A stretch of DNA of 64,000 bases from Thermovibrio sp. (GTDB lineage: Bacteria; Aquificota; Aquificia; Desulfurobacteriales; Desulfurobacteriaceae). Location: positions 1,478 to 65,477 of the forward strand of contig WFYG01000005.1 of NCBI GenBank assembly GCA_015490195.1. Direction: 5' to 3'. Position 1 is the stretch's first letter, and each line of letters starts with the position of its first letter. The position numbers were made by a program, and so were the translations under genes. Positions 9,554 through 17,537 of this stretch are shown piece by piece. The notes under the pieces were generated by a model. The model was not told the origin of the DNA. It saw only the letters and a list, made by a program, of their open reading frames with translations, and did no database searches.

Positions 9554-10602
9554 TGTTTCCCCTCTTTTATTATATAAAGAATTTTATTTGTAATTGAGTT
9601 GTAATTATTTGACCTGTAAATGAGCCTCATCCTTACCACATATAGGTTTCCGAATTTGAGTATCCTTCCATCTTTGGCAGCTGTTAAGTCCTCTAATTTA
9701 ATTTTAATCCATTTCTTATACTTTGTTACTTCTTTTTTATAACTAACCCACTGGTTGTAGTTTCCCCTTTCCCACACGAAGCTGTTTGAGTAACAGTTAA
9801 GGTAGGGTTTTATGTTTACAGGGGTTTCCTCCCAGGCTCTCTTCCAGTGAAGAACGAAATCTATCAGGGATTTCTGTTCAGATAGAAACTCATTTTTTGA
9901 GGCGTAGCTGAGGTGGGAGACAATTATTACAGGTGTTCTTCGGGGAACTATCAGCCTTTTCAGCTCTTTTAAGTACTCGTTTTTCAGAACTATACAGCCG
10001 TTTGTACTGTGGGGAGGGCGGTTTGGATTGTCTGTTCCGTGTATCCAGATTCCGTGACCGTTCCTCTTCAGTATTTTTCTATCTAATAAGTTGGGATAGT
10101 TCAGCGGAAAGGCTCCTAAGCCGTAAATAGGTGGAAGATTTGTCTTCCAGTACATGGGAAAGTAGATGCCTTCAGGTGTTCTCTGATCCCCTTCTTCAAG
10201 TTTGTCTCCGGGGCGTTTTCCGGTTATACAGGGAAACTTCCTTACTATGTAGGGAACTCCCCTGTCCATCCTTACTACGTACAAGATTTCGTTTGTTTTA
10301 TCTACAACTATTGCGGGAAGGTTTTTGGGTAGCAGTATTACGTTTGAAACCAGCTTGCCGGAGTAGAGTTTCTTAAGGAGTTCTTTAACCTTTTTGTTCT
10401 CCCCTGCATAGGTGAGAAGAAGGAGCTGGAGTTTCAATTTCTCCTGCTGTGGTAGGGAGTTTATTGCCTGCTGGAGCTCCTCTGGGGTGTAGGATCCGAT
10501 GTTGGCTATTATCTCCTCCAGAGTTCTGGCAGGGGAGTTTGTGATTATGGTTAACAAAATCATCAGAACAAAGATGAGAACTCTCATCCTGTGAACCCCC
10601 AT
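9523..10602 (-). CDS. L,D-transpeptidase (YkuD domain) protein
   Basis: HGIWIHGTDNPNRPPHSTNGCIVL is the catalytic His...Cys motif, and an N-terminal signal sequence is present. Confidence 0.75.
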   Translation of the reverse strand: MGVHRMRVLIFVLMILLTIITNSPARTLEEIIANIGSYTPEELQQAINSLPQQEKLKLQLLLLTYAGENKKVKELLKKLYSGKLVSNVILLPKNLPAIVVDKTNEILYVVRMDRGVPYIVRKFPCITGKRPGDKLEEGDQRTPEGIYFPMYWKTNLPPIYGLGAFPLNYPNLLDRKILKRNGHGIWIHGTDNPNRPPHSTNGCIVLKNEYLKELKRLIVPRRTPVIIVSHLSYASKNEFLSEQKSLIDFVLHWKRAWEETPVNIKPYLNCYSNSFVWERGNYNQWVSYKKEVTKYKKWIKIKLEDLTAAKDGRILKFGNLYVVRMRLIYRSNNYNSITNKILYIIKEGKQWKILGEENL

Positions 10603-10654
10603 TCTAAAGTGGGGCTATTTTACCCAAAGAGGGGGAGGAGGAATTTAAGAATCG

Positions 10655-11182
10655 TTAGATGCCGGAGGAGAGCTCCTCTATCAGTTCCTCTAAATCCTCT
10701 CTTTTTACCTCTTTTCTCGTTGCGAAGTCTTCTACTCTCCCCGAAAGCCAGAAGAGGTATTGAGCTTCCTTAAAGTTCTTCTTTATACCTTTCCTCAAAA
10801 CCGGCCTGAAGTAGCCAATGGGTCTAGACCAGACTGTAACGTCGTTTGAGCCGCAAGAGTCACACTTAGTTTTCCTACCCACCGTCTTATGGCCGCAGCT
10901 GTGGCAGGTTGTGAGAAAAGGAGTTTTTGTAAGGTACTGTATGGGAAAGTTCTTTATAATGCTGAATATCAGTTTTTCCTGCTCTTCAGGAGTCATCTTC
11001 TCTGCTGTGAACAGATGCATAATGCTTCCCCCGGTTGCGTAAGACTGGAAATGAGAGTTAACGTCTATCTGTTTAAGGAGGTCTCTCTCCTGAAAGGGAG
11101 CCTGAAAGCCAGAAGTGAGAAAGACTCTACCCCTCTCAGGGTCTCCGTTTACAAATATTCTGGGTTTTACCTTAACTTTCAT
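10655..11182 (-). CDS. nrdD: Anaerobic (class III) ribonucleoside-triphosphate reductase, C-terminal piece carrying the Zn-ribbon and glycyl-radical site
   Basis: GGSIMHLF, CHSCGHKTVGRKTKCDSCGS (a 4-Cys ribbon) and SRPIGYFRPV (an RxxGY glycyl-radical motif) are all present. Confidence 0.8.
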   Translation of the reverse strand: MKVKVKPRIFVNGDPERGRVFLTSGFQAPFQERDLLKQIDVNSHFQSYATGGSIMHLFTAEKMTPEEQEKLIFSIIKNFPIQYLTKTPFLTTCHSCGHKTVGRKTKCDSCGSNDVTVWSRPIGYFRPVLRKGIKKNFKEAQYLFWLSGRVEDFATRKEVKREDLEELIEELSSGI

Positions 11183-12728
11183 CCTCTACCTCCACTAGCT
11201 CAAAGATTCTCTCTCCAAACTTCTCAACAGATTCCCTGATAAATAGGTTGAGCTGTTCGTCTTTTGATATGTTTATCTCTCTCTTGCCTTCAAGAATTTC
11301 GGCTAAAGCCTTTGCAAAAGAGAGATCTTTCTGTGCCATCTTACATGCAGCATTTTCACTTGGAGCGTACTCTAAAGAGTAGAGAACCCTGTCCCTTTCC
11401 ATAAAGTAGTGGAGCTTTTTATAAAGGTACTGGGCAATTGCGTGGGCGTAATCTTTCGCTTCGTCGTTAAAAAGTCCTCCTTTAAAGCCTGCGTTTACCA
11501 TCCCTTCGTGAACGCCTACAACTGAGAAGATGTTAAAGAGTGAACGGTCGTCCTTCTGATAGAAGGAGAGGTAAGGGAACAGATCGTTCCAGTGTTTCTT
11601 TAGCCACTCCCGTTTCCTCTGGAGAGCTCTCGCCCCCACGTCCATCGTGTAGTCAATCATCCTCTTTAACAGGTTAAAGTCATCTTTTGCCAGAAAGAGG
11701 AGCCTGTTCATGTTTATTGCGTAAACGCCTATTCCACCTACACCGCTTCCCGAGTGGAACGGGTTTGAACCTGTAACGGCCTCAACCTGAGAGATGTTGA
11801 AAAGCATTCTGCAACAGTTTGAATAGATCATTCCCTCGTCAAATGGTTTTATGTAGGGGTTTTTCTCCCTGTAGATGCTTGGCTTCTCAAAGGGCTCTTT
11901 TAGGTAGTTTTGAACGTAGAAACCCCCAAAATATTCACTCTCTTTAAGTAGCAGTTTCCAGGCAGGGTTGTTCCTGTCAAAGTCCTCCGTGATGTTTACA
12001 GTTATGAGGGGAAACGTAAAAGGATTTCCGTCTGCATCTCCCCTTCTCATTGCCTTTATGAAGGCTGTGTTTATTCTGTCAAAGTAGTGGGCAGGTATCT
12101 GACTGTATGTAAAGTCAAGGAGTTTCCCTGCGTAGACAACAGGTTCGTTCTTCAGCCTGCTGTTGGGCTTTCCAAAGTCTAAAGTGATGTTTGAGAAGGG
12201 AGAGTTCCCGCTTCTGAAGGGCAGGTTTATGTTGTAGAGGAACTCCTGCCACAGGTTTTCAAGGTCGTAGTCTGAGTAGCTCTTCTTTCCTTCTTTCTCT
12301 AAGTAGTAGAGGTAGCCTGCAGCAACTGTTGAGAGGTCGTTGAGAGAGGTTGCTCCACTTACTTCCTGAGCTATAAGGCAGATTAGGTTTGCACATTGCA
12401 TAAAGAGCGTTTCAAGCCTTTTGGGGGGAGCAGCTCTTCTTTCGTTCTTTGCGTTGCTTTGAAGGCCATGATAGGCAATGTCTTTAGCCGATAAGCCTAT
12501 GCAATAACTACTTAGGCGATATGTCTGATGGTGGTATGCCCAGCCCTCCTCGTGGTGGGTTCTTACAGGAAGGCCTCTGTAGATTACATCAAACAGGTAG
12601 TCTTTCATCACCTCGCCGACAACTACGTGCTCTAAAACGGGAATTCCCCTTACAAAGTTTGCGTTATTCCTTGAAACGTCGTCGTTGTCTATGAAGAGGT
12701 CTATCAGGCGGAAATACTTGTTATACAC
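11172..12728 (-). CDS. nrdD: Anaerobic (class III) ribonucleoside-triphosphate reductase, N-terminal barrel piece
   Basis: The SNCCRMLF finger-loop CCR motif is present and the context is nrdG-nrdD. The stop overlaps the downstream ATG by 11 nt. Confidence 0.78.
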   Translation of the reverse strand: MYNKYFRLIDLFIDNDDVSRNNANFVRGIPVLEHVVVGEVMKDYLFDVIYRGLPVRTHHEEGWAYHHQTYRLSSYCIGLSAKDIAYHGLQSNAKNERRAAPPKRLETLFMQCANLICLIAQEVSGATSLNDLSTVAAGYLYYLEKEGKKSYSDYDLENLWQEFLYNINLPFRSGNSPFSNITLDFGKPNSRLKNEPVVYAGKLLDFTYSQIPAHYFDRINTAFIKAMRRGDADGNPFTFPLITVNITEDFDRNNPAWKLLLKESEYFGGFYVQNYLKEPFEKPSIYREKNPYIKPFDEGMIYSNCCRMLFNISQVEAVTGSNPFHSGSGVGGIGVYAINMNRLLFLAKDDFNLLKRMIDYTMDVGARALQRKREWLKKHWNDLFPYLSFYQKDDRSLFNIFSVVGVHEGMVNAGFKGGLFNDEAKDYAHAIAQYLYKKLHYFMERDRVLYSLEYAPSENAACKMAQKDLSFAKALAEILEGKREINISKDEQLNLFIRESVEKFGERIFELVEVEDES

Positions 12729-13386
12729 TGCTCTCCTCCACAGGGTAGAAGGGGTTAAACTGGTGCGGAAGAGATTTTAGACCCTCTTTGATGGCCGCTT
12801 TGTCCTCTTCTGTAAGGAGGGGGTATTCAACGGTTCTTAGGAGTGTGTACGGAAGGGAGTATCTTTTTATCAGCTCTATTGTTAATTTCACTTTTTTAGA
12901 GTAGTTATAAACTGCTGAATTGTCTAAATCTTCCCGTGAAAAGAGAACTCTTTTAAAGCGTTTCAGCTGGTGAGGGGTATACTCATTTAGAAGGGGGATT
13001 TTTACATCTAAAGCCACTCCGTCTATTAACCGATTCTCTATCAGTTTTTCAAGTCTTTCAGGGTCTGTTCCGTTTGAGTCAAGCCTCACCGGAAATCCAT
13101 ATTCCTTTATAAACTTCAGTCCTTCTTCTATTTTCTCTTCTAAAGTTGGTTCTCCACCTGAAACAATTACCAGCTCAACGCCCAGGGCTTTGAACATTGA
13201 GAGTTTTTCAGAGAGCTCCCTCCAGCTCAGGTATTTCGGTTTTTCCTTAAAGTGGTGCCTGTTGTGGCACTGGTAGCAGTTGAGGTTGCACAGGTGAAAG
13301 TTTGTATAGAGAACTGCAGACATTACGCCGGGGTGGTCTCTGAAAGTTATTGGGGTGTCAACAGAGAGAAAGGGGGAGAGCTCCAC
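12721..13386 (-). CDS. nrdG: Anaerobic ribonucleotide reductase activating protein (radical SAM)
   Basis: CNLNCYQCHN is a CxxxCxxC cluster motif, VSGGEPT is present, and the gene sits immediately upstream of nrdD. Confidence 0.8.
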   Translation of the reverse strand: MELSPFLSVDTPITFRDHPGVMSAVLYTNFHLCNLNCYQCHNRHHFKEKPKYLSWRELSEKLSMFKALGVELVIVSGGEPTLEEKIEEGLKFIKEYGFPVRLDSNGTDPERLEKLIENRLIDGVALDVKIPLLNEYTPHQLKRFKRVLFSREDLDNSAVYNYSKKVKLTIELIKRYSLPYTLLRTVEYPLLTEEDKAAIKEGLKSLPHQFNPFYPVEESSV

Positions 13387-13460
13387 TCCCTACCTCCTTG
13401 AGATTTATATAAAACAATATAACACTTGAGGAGTGGGAGGGAGCTCTCGTTGAATGGTGT

Positions 13461-15626
13461 TTATCCGTCTTCTCTCCTCAGCTCCTCTGCCAGCTTAACT
13501 AAGTTTCTAAGGGCTGGAATAACCTCTTCCCAGCGCCTTGTTTTCAGTCCGCAGTCGGGGTTTACCCAGAAGTTCTCTTTGGGAATTACCCTGAGAGCTC
13601 TCTCTACAATCTCCTTCATCTCCTCAACTGTTGGAACGTAAGGGGAATGGATGTCCCACACTCCAAGGCCTATCTGTCTGTCAAAGTTGACCCTCTCAAA
13701 GGCCTCTATGATATCTCCCTTAGAGCGGGTAGCCTCAATGGAGATGACGTCAAAGTCCATCTCTAAGATGTAATCAATAATCTCCCCAAACTCAGAGTAG
13801 CACATGTGGGTATGAACCTGGGTTTCAGGTTTAACTGAAGAGTGGCAGAGGCGGAAAGATTTAACGGCCCAGTCAAAATAACCCTTCCAGTTTCTTCTCT
13901 TTATGGGAGCTCTTTCCCTGATTGCCGGCTCGTCTATCTGAACGATTCCAATTCCGGCTTTCTCGTAGTCTGAAATCTCATCTTTCAGGGCTAAGGCTAT
14001 CTGGTAGGCAACTTCTTCTGTTGGGATGTCTTCCCTTACATAGCTCCAGGCGATAATCGTTACGGGGCCTGTGAGCATTCCTTTAACAGGTTTTTCGGTT
14101 AAGCTCTGGGCAAAGGCTATCTCTTTAACTGTCATCTGGCCTTTTCTCTCAACGTCTCCGTAGATAATGGGAGGTCTGTAGCACCTTGTTCCGTAGGAGA
14201 TAACCCAGCCGTTTCCGGTTGTTGCAATTCCCTTCATCTTCTCGGCGAAGAACTCAACCATGTCCGTCCTTTCAAACTCTCCGTGGACAAAGACGTCCAG
14301 GCCCAAGTCTTCCTGTATCTGGATAGCTTTTGCTATCTCTCCTCTTATAAAGGTGTCGTAGTCTTCCTGGGAGAGCTTTCCTTTCCTGTAAAGGAGTCTT
14401 ATCCTTCTTACCTCTTCTGTTTGAGGGAACGAACCTATTGTTGTTGTTGGGAAGAGCGGGAGTTTAAACTTCTCCTTCTGAACCTTAACCCTCTCTCTGT
14501 ACTCAGGCTTTCTGACAAAGTCGTCGTCCTTTAGAGAGGACACTCTTTCTCTGACGTGGGGGAGCTCCCCAAAGGGAACGTTGATTCCCTTAACCCACTC
14601 CTCAGCTTCTTCCGTTCTGCCTGAAAGTATATCTCCGATGAGTTTTATCTCCTTCAGCTTCTCCTCGGCAAATGCAACTTTCTGAAGGAGTTCTTCAGGA
14701 AGCGTTGCCCCTGAAAGACTGACAGGTAGGTGGAAAAGTGGAGCTCCGTTTGTAATAACAACGTTCTCTCCCAGCTCTCTTATTAGTTCTGCCGTTTTAA
14801 AGAGGTCATTCCTCCATACGTTTCTTCCGTCAACAACTCCGGCAAAGAGGGTTTTGCCGTTTCTGTCTATCTCTTTAAGCTGTTTCAGATTCTCTCCCCT
14901 ATCGTGGACAAGGTCAACGCCGACTCCCGAAACGGGTAAGTTGAAGAGAACGTCCAGCCTGTCTACGCTGTCGTAGTAGGTAAACAGGTTTACAGGGCAG
15001 TTTGACTTCTCAAAGAGGGAGTAGGCTTCTTCAACGGCCTTCCACTCCTCCCCTGAGAGTTCCAAAACGAAGGCCGGGTCGTCTAAGTGAAGGGACTTAA
15101 ATCCTTTTGTGTTTGCGTACTCAACTGTAAGTTCTACCAACTCTTTTAGAGCTCCGGCAAAGTACTCAGGTTTTAAACCCTTGGAGAGTTTAAGGAAAGT
15201 AAGGGGACCGATAACGTGGACGTTTTCCTTTGCTCCTTCGTGTCTGTCCCAAACGGGTTTTGTCAGTTTGAACTGGGGTTTTTTACCCCCAAAGTCGGGA
15301 ACTAAGTAGTGGTAGTTTGTGTTGAACCACTTTGTCATCTCAAGGGCGTTCTTGCCGCGGCAGAGGTTGAAGTAGTCGTTTAAGCTCTCTGCCGTGTACA
15401 CTCCGAAGAGGAGCGCCGTGTCAACCATCGGGTCGTAGAGGGTCATCTCACCTTGAGGGTGAGAGTCTACAAACTTTCTGTAGGTTTCCTCTCTTTTCTC
15501 GTTGAGCTTTTTGATTCCTGAGAGGAGCTCCTCTTCACTGACTTTTCCGGCCCAGTAGCCTTCAATGAGCCGTTTAAACTCTCTCTGCTTCCCCAGTCTC
15601 GGGAAGCCGTAAGCGTAAGTCTTCAT
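13461..15626 (-). CDS. metE: Cobalamin-independent methionine synthase (5-methyltetrahydropteroyltriglutamate-homocysteine methyltransferase)
   Basis: At 721 aa it carries TTTIGSFPQT, HMCYSEF and PDCGLKTR, which are MetE hallmarks. Confidence 0.93.
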   Translation of the reverse strand: MKTYAYGFPRLGKQREFKRLIEGYWAGKVSEEELLSGIKKLNEKREETYRKFVDSHPQGEMTLYDPMVDTALLFGVYTAESLNDYFNLCRGKNALEMTKWFNTNYHYLVPDFGGKKPQFKLTKPVWDRHEGAKENVHVIGPLTFLKLSKGLKPEYFAGALKELVELTVEYANTKGFKSLHLDDPAFVLELSGEEWKAVEEAYSLFEKSNCPVNLFTYYDSVDRLDVLFNLPVSGVGVDLVHDRGENLKQLKEIDRNGKTLFAGVVDGRNVWRNDLFKTAELIRELGENVVITNGAPLFHLPVSLSGATLPEELLQKVAFAEEKLKEIKLIGDILSGRTEEAEEWVKGINVPFGELPHVRERVSSLKDDDFVRKPEYRERVKVQKEKFKLPLFPTTTIGSFPQTEEVRRIRLLYRKGKLSQEDYDTFIRGEIAKAIQIQEDLGLDVFVHGEFERTDMVEFFAEKMKGIATTGNGWVISYGTRCYRPPIIYGDVERKGQMTVKEIAFAQSLTEKPVKGMLTGPVTIIAWSYVREDIPTEEVAYQIALALKDEISDYEKAGIGIVQIDEPAIRERAPIKRRNWKGYFDWAVKSFRLCHSSVKPETQVHTHMCYSEFGEIIDYILEMDFDVISIEATRSKGDIIEAFERVNFDRQIGLGVWDIHSPYVPTVEEMKEIVERALRVIPKENFWVNPDCGLKTRRWEEVIPALRNLVKLAEELRREDG

Positions 15627-15925
15627 GCTGCTACCTCCTGTGGGTGTTTTGGTTTTAACACCCGCAGGAGCTCCAAGGCGGGAAAAGAAAAAGGAATACC
15701 CTCTCCTTTCCCGCGCCCCGAACCCCCGCAGGACGCGAAGGGGTGGGTCTTCCCACCCATCACGGGCCGGTCTCCCGGCTTGCAGGGTTTATCAGGTCAG
15801 TACCTTCCCAGAGCGGCGGCTTTTCACCTTTCCACTCCAGTGGCAAAGACCCAGTTCTTTCCCTGCTCACGGTTGCGAGGACAGCGCCGGACTTTCACCG
15901 GACTTCCCGTTCACCCGTGACGGAC
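15627..15925 (-). promoter_or_regulatory. Cobalamin (B12) riboswitch plus SD-sequestering expression platform in the metE leader
   Basis: The reverse strand reads TCACGGGTGAACGGGAAGTCCGGTGAAAGTCCGGCGCTGTCCTCGCAACCGTGAGC...GCCACTGG...AAGCCGGGAGACCGGCCCGTGA. P1 is TCACGGG/CCCGTGA, and AGCCGGGAGACCGGCC is the B12 box. A downstream hairpin (15635-15670) pairs with the AGGAGG SD. Confidence 0.85.
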
Positions 15926-15954
15926 AACAATTTATGCAGGGAAGGTTTGGAAGG

Positions 15955-16065
15955 CTACTTCTTTTTCTTCTGGAAAAGGGGGTCTAAGTTCTCGTAGAGT
16001 TCATCAAGGAGATACCAGAGAAACGCGAATCCTATAATCATTAGTATGATTAAGTTGAAGGACAT
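15955..16065 (-). CDS. Putative 36-aa single-TM peptide (MSFNLIILMIIGFAFLWYLLDELYENLDPLFQKKKK)
   Basis: It has an ATG with an upstream GGGGGA, one hydrophobic helix and a Lys tail. It resembles the mini-ORFs at 20166 and 33602 and is below the ORF-track size cutoff. Confidence 0.3.
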   Translation of the reverse strand: MSFNLIILMIIGFAFLWYLLDELYENLDPLFQKKKK

Positions 16066-16144
16066 ATTTCCCCCACTTTTATTCCCTTTTAGATACCCCG
16101 TTCCACTATTAAAATTATAGTCAAACCGTTAGGAGGTTGTTTAA

Positions 16145-16420
16145 TTGGAAATTAAGATAGGAAAGGGAAGGATCTATCTTGAACTACCAAACGGAGAAGA
16201 GGCTTTTATAACTTTTGGTGTGGATGAGGAGAAGAAGGTTGTAGTTGTAAGTACAACTTACGTTCCAGAGAGCCAGAGGGGTAAAGGAATTGCCGGTAAA
16301 CTTTCGGCAAAACTTGTTGAGTTTGCAGATGAAAATGGTTATAAGATCTATCCCCTGTGTTCCTATACTCAGAAATACCTTGAGAGGAAAAGGCCAGACC
16401 TTATAGCGGAGAATAGATAG
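16145..16420 (+). CDS. Small GNAT-like N-acetyltransferase (YjdJ-type)
   Basis: At 91 aa it contains QRGKGIAGKL...GYKIYPLCSYTQKYL, which is typical of the short GNAT_2 family. The start is TTG. Confidence 0.6.
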   Translation: MEIKIGKGRIYLELPNGEEAFITFGVDEEKKVVVVSTTYVPESQRGKGIAGKLSAKLVEFADENGYKIYPLCSYTQKYLERKRPDLIAENR

Positions 16421-17202
16421 TGGAAGTTGTAGTAACAACAGATAGAAACCCCACTCCTGAGATGGTAGATGAAGCTGAGCAGCTGGCAGAGAAGTTAGGA
16501 GCTCCCCTCGTTAAACGGCGCCACAACACGATAAACGCCATAAAAAAGCGATTCGGAAAGAACGTTTTAGTTGTTAACAGAGATCTGACACTGACCCTTC
16601 ACACATTGAAAGGTCAAAAGCTTTTTTTTCACCCCGGTCTTTTTAAAATAAGGCTCCTCAATTACCTTTCCGGCGGAAAAGAGGCGATGGTTGAGGCTAT
16701 GGACTTAAAGGAGGGAGAGACTGTTTTGGACTGCAATTTAGGGCTTGCTCAGGATGCCCTGATGGCTGCCTTTGTAAGTAAAAGAGAGGTTGTTGGAGTT
16801 GAAAAAGACCCGGTTATTTACGAGATAGTGAAAAGAGGGCTTGAAAAATACAAACCGAAAGGGAAGTTAAAGGTTGCTGAGTTTGCCTTTAAACTGATTA
16901 AGCCTGTTCTTGGAGACAACTACGAGTTTCTCAAATCCCAGCCTGATAAATCATACGATATCGTCTATTTCTCTCCCATGTTTATTAAACCCAAGTGGCA
17001 CTGCAGTGTAATGTCTCCTTTTAGAGAAGTTGCAGTTAAAGACTTCATTTCTCCCGAAACCCTTAAGGAAGCCGAGAGGGTTGTGAGGAAAAGGGTTGTT
17101 ATAAAGGTGAACAGAGGGGTTAAAGAGCTCTTCCCCTTTCTGAGGGATTACAGGGTTCAGGGGAGCTCCACAAACGTAGAATACCTTTACAAAGAGCTTT
17201 AG
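16420..17202 (+). CDS. Class I SAM-dependent methyltransferase, possibly RsmJ-like
   Basis: VLDCNLGLAQDALMAA...VVGVEKDP resembles SAM-binding motifs I/II. The family assignment is tentative. Confidence 0.5.
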   Translation: MEVVVTTDRNPTPEMVDEAEQLAEKLGAPLVKRRHNTINAIKKRFGKNVLVVNRDLTLTLHTLKGQKLFFHPGLFKIRLLNYLSGGKEAMVEAMDLKEGETVLDCNLGLAQDALMAAFVSKREVVGVEKDPVIYEIVKRGLEKYKPKGKLKVAEFAFKLIKPVLGDNYEFLKSQPDKSYDIVYFSPMFIKPKWHCSVMSPFREVAVKDFISPETLKEAERVVRKRVVIKVNRGVKELFPFLRDYRVQGSSTNVEYLYKEL

Positions 17203-17537
17203 GCTGAGTTCATGTTAATTCCCCTCTTTTCAAAGTAGTATACAGCGTATGGCTAAGCAGTCATTCTGACTATACGATAGTGAAGAATCACCAGTTATTA
17301 CCTTACTTTTCTCTTGAAATTTCCCTTGGGTTCTGTTCAGCGGAGTTGAAGTTCCCCCTTTAACCTGCCTAAATCATAGGCTAATTCTCTGTATTAGTGA
17401 GGTTGCTGACGAAGAGTTAATAAATTCATGAAACAATAATAATTGATGTGCTGTAAACTTTTCCTTGATGTAGAACTTGAGTGAAACCCCTCTGCAGTGA
17501 TTAAATAGACAGTTGTCAAACCGGGAAAGGAGGCGCA

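Noticed and set aside
15625-15997. Two plus-strand ORFs (120 and 84 aa) in the metE upstream region
   Set aside because: They lie antisense to the cobalamin riboswitch and its GC-rich hairpins. Their proteins are Pro/Arg/Ser-rich low-complexity sequence, and no SD is present. They are artefacts of structured GC-rich RNA-coding DNA.
17260-17290. Possible NrdR box (CACTATCGTATAGTC on the minus strand) in the nrdA leader. There is also an AT-rich segment (AACAATATAACACT, about 13413-13426) in the 13387-13460 spacer upstream of nrdG.
   Set aside because: Each resembles the NrdR consensus (acaCwAtATaTwGtgt) in only one half, or has an extra base in the centre. No properly spaced tandem pair was seen. 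The match is too weak to call without a scoring matrix.
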